A stretch of 51,991 nucleotides of DNA. It comes from Paraphysomonas bandaiensis. Taxonomy: Eukaryota; Protista; Chrysophyceae. Of this stretch, positions 25,161-34,681 are shown in pieces. Each line of letters opens with the position of its first letter. Position 1 is the stretch's first letter. Under the pieces are notes generated by a model. It saw only the letters and a program-made list of their open reading frames with translations, had not been told where the DNA came from and ran no database searches. The stretch spans positions 1 to 51,991 of the forward strand of contig CBFFRP010000643.1 of assembly GCA_965644295.1 (NCBI GenBank). The letters run 5' to 3'. A program made the translations under genes and the position numbers.

Positions 25161-25500
25161 CATAGTTATGTGATGATATTTGTTTGGAAACATATTTTGC
25201 TGACGTTTTTTTTATTTATATTTGTCTTTTTTAAGTAAGTATTGATTTTTTCAGTAGTTCATTTTTTGTTGAACCTATGGGTGAGTAAGTGGTTCTGAGA
25301 ATAGGAGAGTTACTTTTTTGTTGTGTGTTGTTTATAATTCTTCGAGTTTGCTATGAGAGCTAATTATGCAGGTAATTACCTCCTTTACAGTCAAAGTAAA
25401 CAGATGTCAGATATATATTTTTATCTTAATGTTCTCTTGTTCTCTGAAGAGTAATGTAATAACCAGTTATCTGAAATCACATTCATTACATCGTTTTTCA

Positions 25501-25851
25501 TTACTTTGCCTTCGAAATTTTAGCTTCCTTCTGTTTACGTGATCTAGCTAGTTGTTCTTCTCTTATTTTTCTCTTCTTTTCTTGTCTTACTTTTGATTCA
25601 ATCTTTTTCTTTTCTTTTTCTTGTGGTGTTTTTATATTTCTATAAAGACCTTCATCCTCATCATCATCAGAGAGATCATTGAATTTATTATTACGAGAAG
25701 ATGTATAGGATTGATTATTTGATTTATCTTTTAATTGATATGATGATGTATGGTAGAGCTGCATAGATACAGGGATGTGTAGCTGGGAGGTGCCATATAT
25801 AGATAGTCTAGTTGATATGTAGCGAGAAAGAGATCTTGTTATGGTGAACAT
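25501..25851 (-). CDS. Small basic protein (116 aa), possible mitochondrial presequence
   Basis: MFTITRSLSRYISTRLS.. is Arg/Ser-rich with no acidic residues, followed by an acidic patch and a Lys-rich coiled tail. The upstream ORF extension is only microsatellite. Confidence 0.6.
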   Translation of the reverse strand: MFTITRSLSRYISTRLSIYGTSQLHIPVSMQLYHTSSYQLKDKSNNQSYTSSRNNKFNDLSDDDEDEGLYRNIKTPQEKEKKKIESKVRQEKKRKIREEQLARSRKQKEAKISKAK

Positions 25852-25976
25852 ATTGGAGATAGTGTATATGAATAAATGTCGATAAGGTGGAATGGAATTA
25901 ATGTGATGCATGATGAGGATCACATATGAGCATATGAGTGATCCATATGTACAATTGCTGTACATCTGTGGAGAAG

Positions 25977-26365
25977 TATGTATGTATGTATGTATGTATG
26001 TATGTATGTATGTATGTATGTATGTATGTATGTATGTATGTATGTATGTATGCATGTATGTATGTATGTATGTATGTATGTATGTATGTATGTATGTATG
26101 TATGTATGTATGTATGTATGTATGTATGTACGTATGTATGTATGTATGTATGTATGTATGTATGTATGTATGTATGTATGTATGTATGTATGTATGTATG
26201 TATGTATGTATGTATGTATGTATGTATGTATGTATGTATGTACGTATGTATGTATGTATGTATGTATGTATGTATGTATGTATGTATGTATGTATGTATG
26301 TACGTATGTATGTATGTATGTATGTATGTATGTATGTATGTATGTATGTATGTATGTATGTATGT
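25977..26365. repeat. (TATG)n microsatellite, about 97 units
   Basis: Direct reading; a few TACG/CATG variants. Confidence 0.98.
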
Positions 26366-26593
26366 CGGAGTATGGTGTATGTATGTATGTACGTATGAAT
26401 GTATGTATATGTCTGTAGTAGCATGGGCATGGTATAGCACGTTATTCGTATGCATGGCTGGTATGCAAAGAATGGAATGGTAATTTTTTTTCATTGCGAG
26501 AGTTTGTTGTGTATGTTTATATATGTTTATGTCCACATATTTATTGGTCATCATATAAACGAACACAGATTTGCTTACCTGTACAGGACAGTA

Positions 26594-27337
26594 ATGAGCA
26601 GCAACAGTAATAAATTATCCTGGATTGTGAGTGGTGTTGTCGCAGCTGGGGTTAGCTTAGCTGTGGGTTATCATATTTACAGGAAGTTATACCCTAAGAA
26701 CAAGTGTAAGGTATATCACTATACACACACTAGAAATCATTTAATTATAAAATAAATATAGGTTATATTTGTTGTTGGTGGTCCGGGATCTGGTAAAGGA
26801 ACTCAATGTAAGTTAATATCTGAGAAGTATGGATACACGCATCTCAGTGCTGGGGACCTGTTGCGTGAAGAGAGGAATAGGAAATCTGATCTGGCTGATA
26901 TGATTAATCAAATATTAATCGATGGAAAACTTGTACCTTCTGAAATTACGACGAAGCTTTTACTACAAGCAATGGAGCGGTCTGAAAATAATAAATTTTT
27001 GATTGATGGATTTCCTCGTAGTGAGGAGAATCGCCACTGCTGGGAGGAGATGGCACCATCTTGTGTCGATGTTTTGTTTCTTCTGCTTCTGGAATGTCCC
27101 GAGGAGGTTATGTTGGAAAGGCTTCTAGAGCGTGGAAAAACCAGTGGCCGCAACGATGACAATGTAGAATCTATCAAGAAGCGATTCCACACATCGAATG
27201 CGATGACAGCACCAGTTGTGGAGCACTATAGATCAACCGGACAACTCCGTGTTGTAGATTCTAATCGTACACCAAATGACGTATTTTCCGATATATGCGT
27301 GCATGTAGATAATGCGAACTGGAATAGCATGTTCTAA
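26594..27337 (+). CDS. UMP-CMP kinase (adenylate kinase family) with N-terminal TM anchor; intron 26711-26761
   Basis: VIFVVGGPGSGKGTQC, HLSAGDLLREE, FLIDGFPR, RGKTSGRNDDNVESIKKRF. Confidence 0.92.
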
Positions 27338-27788
27338 TTATACGCCGTCGTTAGAATTCCTATTTCACTCGATTGTCATCACTTGTCCGCTTTTGGGAAC
27401 CGTATTATAAGTAATGAGATATTCTTTTAGTATACGTATGTATAACTTGCTTTTATATAGTATAGTAGGTTATGGTGGTTCTCTTATTAAGTAGTCATGC
27501 GTGTCGCTATTAGAATATATGATGGAGGGTAGCGGTGTATAACTTACAACGTTTCCGTAAGATACATTTTCGACGTTCAAAGTAGTTGTAGTAGTTCTCA
27601 GAGAAAGCAGTCAAACTAATATATCATATGTATATAGAATACCTTAGATAAAAGGTTTTTAGAGTTATTTTGTAAACAAGCAAAAAAATTGAGTTAGTAT
27701 GCAGGAATGTGTTGTGGTTTGTGGTAGTTCTATAACGCAGGCGAATGTGAGGAAGTCGTCCACTGAGGATGCATGCAGAAAATTCTAA

Positions 27789-28068
27789 CTGAAAAATAGT
27801 ACTACTGCCGTGGAGGTTATAAAATAGATTCTATAATTTCGGGAATAGAGCGGAGTTGGAGTTTTGTCAGTTGAAAGCGTTGGAACCAACTCTTTATCAA
27901 TGATTACTCTGGCTCTGGCGGAGGATTGTTGTGAAAAGTGAAAATCATAAGAGGATAAAGTAACTATATTTTCCAAGGCTGTATATTCTAATGGAGCAGG
28001 AGCGAGTGGGAATGAGAAAAATGTTGCTGACTTAGAATATACCATTATACCTATCGCATTCAACCACT
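27789..28068 (+). pseudogene. Possible decayed exon of an unknown gene
   Basis: One frame has coding-like GNN bias over about 90 codons, with 5 in-frame stops, and ends at a GTAAG donor. Confidence 0.3.
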
Positions 28069-29014
28069 GTAAGTTGGGATACTAACATCTTTTTATTAGA
28101 ACACATGACTTGACACTTCAGACAGTTAATATTGTATGCACTGACAAGTGCTAAACTCTACAATATAATTTAATTACATGAGTATCCAATAAGTTATGTG
28201 TGTGATGGATCATACGCTCAGCCCAATGCACTTGTCCTAACACAAGCAACTTGCGGTCCGTGTCTAGATCATACGTATTCTGTATATGCAGCAGATCGTT
28301 AGGGCCCATCAAGGTGTACATAGCAGCAGGTAATGTAACGTGGAGAGAAGGGTGGGAGTAGCTGCATCCTCCCATATCTATGAAGCATAAACTTCAATCA
28401 AACTCTGCTACATATATATGATGAGATCATTATCTTCTCTCCATTGTGTGTATTTGTACAACACATCTATCTACGTAGCACTCTTCTTCATAGTGACTTA
28501 TCCTGTCTTAAAGCAGTATCAAGACTGGGCGAATGATCGAATTATGCGCGCTATATCTGTGACGGCCAAAGATAGCAATGGAATCCAGAAAATCATGAGT
28601 TTTTATGAATGAAACTGGAAACCTTGAAGAATATAAACTGAAGCTCTAAAACTCCGGATATTTATTTCTACAAAATGAGCTACAATACAGCTATATACGG
28701 TAGTACAAAAGTTTAACGGGCTACATATGAATTCATCTAAGCATTCTCGACCACTTCATATACATATACCCATATACCAGATACCTATACTGCTGTGTAT
28801 GCTGTATATACTGAGGTACATGTATATACTATACTGCACGTAGTGGATATGCATGTATACATACATATGCACAGTAACCATACCATACTTTACAATATAA
28901 CTCTAACATCCATCACATCATCATCTAACTATATATTATTATCCATATATAATCTCTGGATATTACAAGTATTAATTTCATTCCATCAATTCATAACCTG
29001 ATCAATATTCTATC

Positions 29015-31563
29015 ATGAGAATATTAATTAAAGGAGGTGTTTGGAAAAACACTGAAGATGAAATACTTAAAGCAGCTGTTATGAAATATGGAAAGAATCA
29101 ATGGGCACGTGTGGCTAGTTTATTAAATCGTAAATCTGCTAAACAGTGTAAAGCTCGTTGGTATGAATGGTTAGATCCATCTATTAAGAAAACTGAATGG
29201 AGTAAAGAGGAAGAAGAGAAACTTCTTCATTTAGCTAAATTAATGCCTAATCAATGGCGTACTATTGCTCCTATTGTGGGTCGTACAGCAGGACAATGTA
29301 TGGAACATTATGAAAGATTACTTGATCAAGCACAGGAAGGTGCAGAGGAGATGGCAATGGATGACCCCCGTCGTCTGCGTCCTGGAGAAATTGATCCCGC
29401 CCCGGAAACTAAACCCGCCCGACCAGACCCAATTGATATGGACGAAGATGAGAAAGAAATGCTCTCTGAAGCCCGTGCACGTCTAGCGAATACTAAGGGA
29501 AAGAAGGCCAAGCGTAAAGCTAGAGAGCGCCAGCTAGAAGAGTCACGTCGGCTATCCATGCTGCAGAAGCGCAGAGAACTCAAGGCTGCAGGCATTGAGA
29601 GCAAACTCGGCGGAGGGGGTGGAAAGCGTAAATATATTGATTATGCGAAAGAAATTCCGTTTCAGAAAGTTCCTCCTGCGGGCTTTTATGATGTGGGTGA
29701 TGAGTTGGAAAAGAGCAAACATATGAAGCTGGACCCCGCCACTCACGGTATGGAACTTTCTCGCATGGAGGGCAGACACCAAAAGGAAGAAGAGGCCAAG
29801 GAACGCCAAAAGGATGCGAAGAAATTAAAGGCATTATTTAAAGCCAATGCTCCGCAGGCAGTAATGAATCTATCCAATGTGAATGACCCAACAGCTCTCC
29901 GCAAACGTGTCCCTCTCTCTTTGCCCGCTCCCCAGGTGAGTGAATCGGAGCTCGAAGACATTGTAAAGGTCGGTCAACGGTCGCTCATGCCCCCACCTGA
30001 GGGCCAAATCGGCGCGACGCAGACTTTGATCGGCGACTACAATACCACCGCCTACGCTCCAAGTACTGGTCTCTCACAGCGCACCCCCGTGCGAGAAGAT
30101 ATCGTCATGCAGGAAGCGCGTAATCTCCGGATACTTCGGGAAATGACACCCTTTACTGCGGCGGAGGATCCTGATGGAGAACTAGCAGAGCTTGCCCCTG
30201 GGACAGGATTTGAGGGTGTGACACCACGGTCTAGCCGTATGGTTACCCCTAATGTAGTGTTACAGACCCCAAGTCGGTCAGGTCCTGGTTCTGTAGTGGG
30301 GAGCACCCCAGCCCCCGCCTCAGTCAACGGTACTCCTATGCGTGACCAGTATGGACTCAATTCTTCTGCAAGAGAGGAGGACGACACATACTCAATGTCA
30401 GATTCAATGAGTGTGTCGTCTTATATGTCATCCAAGGCAAAGGCGAGACACACCAAAGCGGTGTTGGCAGCGCAATTGAGTGGCCTTCCTGAGCCGGAGT
30501 ATTCCTATGAGGTATCGATTCCGGAGGTCGATGAGGATGGCGATGAGAAAGGGAGCGGTGGAAAGGTTGAAGATGCCGCGGATGTACAGCTCCGGAAGCA
30601 GCGCCAGATAGAAGCAGAGGCAGAACGAGAACTTATGAGACGAAGCGCAGTTGTACGGCGCAGCCTCCCACGTCCACCAGGAGTGAATTTCAATCTCGCT
30701 AAATCTACTTATCAAGCTGGTGTGGCCCCTGAAGATCTTGTCCTCGCCTCGTCGCTGATTGGACAGGAGATGGTGCATATGTTGCAGTACGATGACTATG
30801 CCCACCCCGACACCTCTGCAGGGAGCAAGCGTAAATCTCGTCCACAGCCGGTGGAGTTGATGCCCATTGCAGATGAGTATTTAGAATTTGCAAAGCGGGC
30901 TGTGGAGGAGGAGGTTGGTAATGTTGTTGGAGTGGGACCCGTGGATGCAGAGGTTTTCGCCACAACATGGGAGGAAATATACAAGCAGCACATTTATGTT
31001 CCGGTCAAGGGGGGCGGGGGTAGATATGTTGCTGTGGCAGAGGCGACGAAGACCGAGGTATATTATTTTGTTGTTTATGACAACGCGTTCACATTTTCTC
31101 TCAGTTGCTGGCCTCATTAAGTACTCAGTTTAATGCCATCAAGGCAAAAATCGATAAGGTCTGTTGGCAACCGTATCGTCATGCAATCTCCTGTGTAATG
31201 TGTTTATTGATCCAGGATGCTAAAAAATGTGGCAAGTTGGAGCAAAAGATTCAGATTATGACGCAAGGCTATGCTACTATCGCAGAAAAACTCAGCACTG
31301 CTGTTAAAAAGGGATTAGAAGACCATGATAAGGCCACAATAGAGCTAGGTGCGTGCTTTATGTTTCCTTAAATGGGGTTTGATAGATGGAATGCAGCTTG
31401 TTTTGACAGCTTGCACAAGAGTGAGTCGAAAGCGATTCAGAGGCGGATGGCTGCTGTGAAATCCGAACTAGAGAATGCTGAATTGATGGAGAAGCGACTT
31501 CAAAATCACTATGCCTCTCTAATGGCTGAACATAAGAAACTTGTTGCGTGCAGTAATGCTTGA
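29015..31563 (+). CDS. CDC5L: Pre-mRNA splicing factor CDC5L/Cef1 (Myb repeats; small 3' exons)
   Basis: MRILIKGGVWKNTEDEILKAAVMKYGKNQWARVASLL; PETKPARPDPIDMDEDEKEMLSEARARLANTKGKKAKRKARE; C-terminal coiled-coil exons. Confidence 0.97.
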
Positions 31564-31967
31564 GTAATGTGGCGAAGTGTTTAATTAGTTGTAGAGATTA
31601 CGCACATAGTAGTACCACGTGTGTTGTCAACTAGTAATGCACTGCGAGAAGTAATAATTGACTGTATTTGCGACACAATAGTTTAGAGTACTCTTCGCTG
31701 TGCTACTGTACACTGTACTGTGTAGGAAATTAATGCTGCTGAAATCGTACTAGTTTTACGAATCCCCAACCCCTGTGCAAGTCAACTATACATAATCTTA
31801 AAAATACATCGCTTAAATAAAATTTAAATAAGAGCTGTAGACGAATGGAAAATAAAAAATACTACTACGACGTACGAATGTATGCACCACAATATCTTCA
31901 CGCAGATGCTGTGTAAGGAAACAAGCTCCAGATTTTAACACCATCAAGCGCAGTCTTAGCTAAATAA

Positions 31968-32618
31968 TTAATAAAAGCGGCCAGTAATAAACTGGGGATC
32001 AGGATAAATCTTTAGTGCGTTTTCTCTATCAGAAAGGGCAACGGCACCTGGAAGGTCATGTGTAGAGGGCTCAAGCATCGAAATTTGAAAGTGTACATGG
32101 GGAAAATAGCCACCGTTTTCACTTTTATCTCCAAGCCATCCCAGAACGTCACCTCCAGATATCATGTCTTGAGATTTCCATTTCGCACTCGACTCGCTAT
32201 TGAGGTGGCCGTATAGAGCCCAAAATTTACAACCATCTAATTCATGTTCGGTAACAATAACATGACCATAGTCTCCTGCTGCCGGGTTATACCCAGCGGA
32301 GTGAATTTTACCATCCATAAATGCACATACCGGGGTACCAACTGGAGCACCAATATCGAGTCCAACATGGAGGCTGCGACCATCACTAAACAAATCAGAC
32401 GTATAAATAGTCCGATTTTCATCATATTTTCCTATTGTCCAGTCTCCTCCAATACCAGAGACGGCATCTGCATTAGGCTGTGAGAAGTCCATAACTGTAT
32501 ATGTGGAAGGAAAGTCTCGAATTACAGGTAGAAACGTGTGCTTTGACCAGTCAATTGATGGGATAGGTACACTCTGAGGAGACTCCATCTGATGGTGTTG
32601 ATTCCTTTCCTCTGTCAT
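31968..32618 (-). CDS. Peptidase family M23 Zn metalloendopeptidase, intronless
   Basis: HVGLD (HxxxD), DYGHVIVTEH, LYGHL, ENGGYFPHVHFQ (HxH). Start taken at MTEERN. Confidence 0.9.
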   Translation of the reverse strand: MTEERNQHHQMESPQSVPIPSIDWSKHTFLPVIRDFPSTYTVMDFSQPNADAVSGIGGDWTIGKYDENRTIYTSDLFSDGRSLHVGLDIGAPVGTPVCAFMDGKIHSAGYNPAAGDYGHVIVTEHELDGCKFWALYGHLNSESSAKWKSQDMISGGDVLGWLGDKSENGGYFPHVHFQISMLEPSTHDLPGAVALSDRENALKIYPDPQFITGRFY

Positions 32619-32789
32619 AGGCAATATATAGTAAATAAAGAAGTTGTTGGTATTATGAAGCCTATGAATGTGATGAGGAGGAGAGGAGAAGCAACATGAT
32701 GTCTTGTCCACCATCAACAGTTAACTGCCCCATACTACAACCATATACACAGTGCGGTATATACGAAACCCGTTTGCTGACAGCGTACG

Positions 32790-32980
32790 TACTGTATGTA
32801 TGTAGGTAGCTAGGTAGGTATGTACGTGTGTAGGTAGGTACAGTAGGTACAGTAGGTACAGTAGGTACAGATGTGTGTATGTATTTATGTAGGTACAGCA
32901 GCAGGTACAGGTAAGTATGTACGTATGTACGTATGTAGGTAGGTAGGTAGGTAGGTAGGTACAGGTAGGTAGGTACGTAC
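32790..32980. repeat. Compound (TAGG)/(TATG)/(GTAGGTACA) microsatellite
   Basis: Direct reading; lies between the divergent M23 and GST genes. Confidence 0.85.
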
Positions 32981-33118
32981 AGTTCTGTAGTATGGATATG
33001 ATGCATGATATTCCTCATCCATATCTGACTCATACACACTTCTGTGCATAGATGACACACAGATCTCACTATTAACACAATCAACACAATCATTCCAATT
33101 AAACACTAATACATCATC

Positions 33119-34024
33119 ATGATCCAATCCTCATATATCTCTGGTGAAACAACTATTCAATCCAAACAATCCTCTCAATTAATTAAACTTTATTGCAGTT
33201 GGTTTTGTCCATATGCACAGAGAGTATGGATCGCATTAGAGGAACTCTCACTTAACTATCAATATATAGAAATTAATCCTTATAAATCCACTGATGATAA
33301 TCATACATATACTAAAATATCTTTATCATTACAAGATAAAAAACTATTATATCCAGAGTTTATAGAGACTAGTCCACAAGGATTAGTACCAGCTATAAGA
33401 TATACTGATCCTTGTAAAGATATTGATGATAAAGTATGTGATTCAATGGTATGTTTAGAGTATATTAATGAAGTATTTGGTAATATTTCGGGCAATTCTT
33501 TACTTCCATCTATTGATTATCCAGGACAGCGTGCACGATTAAGATACTGGGCAGTTTTTGCTAATGATAAAATTATTCCTTATTTTTATAAAATGCTTAT
33601 GAGTGAAACTTCTGATGGAAGAGAGAAAGCTAAAGCGAATATATTGGACAATCTGCAGGAATTCGCTAGAGCAATGTCACCGTTGTCAGAGGGCCCATTT
33701 TTTAATGGCGCTACCTTTAGCATTGTAGATATTGTGTTGGCCCCTTGGTGGCAACGGTATTGTTTCCGTTCTCTGTAGTGCTATAATATTTCTTATGTAG
33801 TATCTTTGTGCAGACTACTATCCGTTGCCAAGGAATATCGTGGATTTGAAATCCCAACTGAGCCAACACTTGACGAGTTTACGCGCTTACGTAAGTGGTA
33901 TGAAGCTGTTAGCAGTCGAGAGAGTTTCCGTAAGACTGTGGTTGATGTCCACAAACTTCTCAGGAATTACTCTGGCTATGCCGATAACTCCGCAACAAGC
34001 GATGTAGCGAGGAGGTTTAGATAA
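33119..34024 (+). CDS. Glutathione S-transferase, Cys-type (omega/lambda-like); one intron at about 33757-33813
   Basis: WFCPYAQRVWIALEE, GLVPAI, DSMVCLEYI, GPFFNGATFSIVDIVLAPWWQR, RLRKWYEAVSSRESFRKT. Confidence 0.92.
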
Positions 34025-34263
34025 TAAAAAAAATTGAAGAAGAGTTAAGATACCACCCCATTTTACTCGAATTATAAGTAGAAAAATGCCCTATGAAGAA
34101 TAATACTGTACTTGAAAATGTCTCTATTACTAATATCATAGACTTGGCTGATCGAAAATGAACTCTCTGCACTGATCCTAATCCGAAGCACCATAAGCAC
34201 ACTACAAGTGTATCTAACAGAAATATAAGTAGAATAGATAAGATGTTCTTCAAATCATGCCTG

Positions 34264-34556
34264 TAACAGAAGTTGACATTATTTGCTAAGGTTTACTATT
34301 CTCAACTGATAAGATGAAATTATAAACATTACATGATAAAGAACCTAAGTTGTGTTCGATGTGTTCAACACCATTCATTTACTACTATAGTGTACAAACC
34401 ACCCACTCAGTGATCGTATCCTGTATAGTCATCCACTTCTACTTCAGTTTCATACTACATAATATAATGTACTAATTACATATATATCTTTCGATCCTTG
34501 CATCTCACATAATACTGCACTCAATTGCAAGTATATAGAATCTTCAGATCTCAACA
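34264..34556 (-). repeat. 3' LTR of Copia-2
   Basis: Identical to 39264-39556. Confidence 0.97.
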
Positions 34557-34567
34557 CTCCCCCTCAA
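34557..34567 (-). promoter_or_regulatory. Polypurine tract (TT)GAGGGGGAG
   Basis: Immediately upstream of the 3' LTR TG. Confidence 0.9.
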
Positions 34568-34681
34568 TTGAGTGTTGTACTTATGACGCCTCCCAGCTAT
34601 TGAATGCCTGAGATAAAAAAATTCTTGACAGTAAAATAGACTCATCTCTAAGTCTAAACCTCTGTCTAAAAAACTCAGTAC

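Noticed and set aside
25898-26566. HTYI/MYVC-repeat ORFs
   Set aside because: Stop-free translations of the (TATG)n microsatellite.
32662-33127. ORFs upstream of M23 and GST, and similarly 46812-47333
   Set aside because: Low-complexity promoter repeats with no protein-like content.
34262-34263. Canonical TG...CA end for the Copia-2 3' LTR
   Set aside because: These bases belong to the TSD GCCTG and are absent from the 5' LTR.
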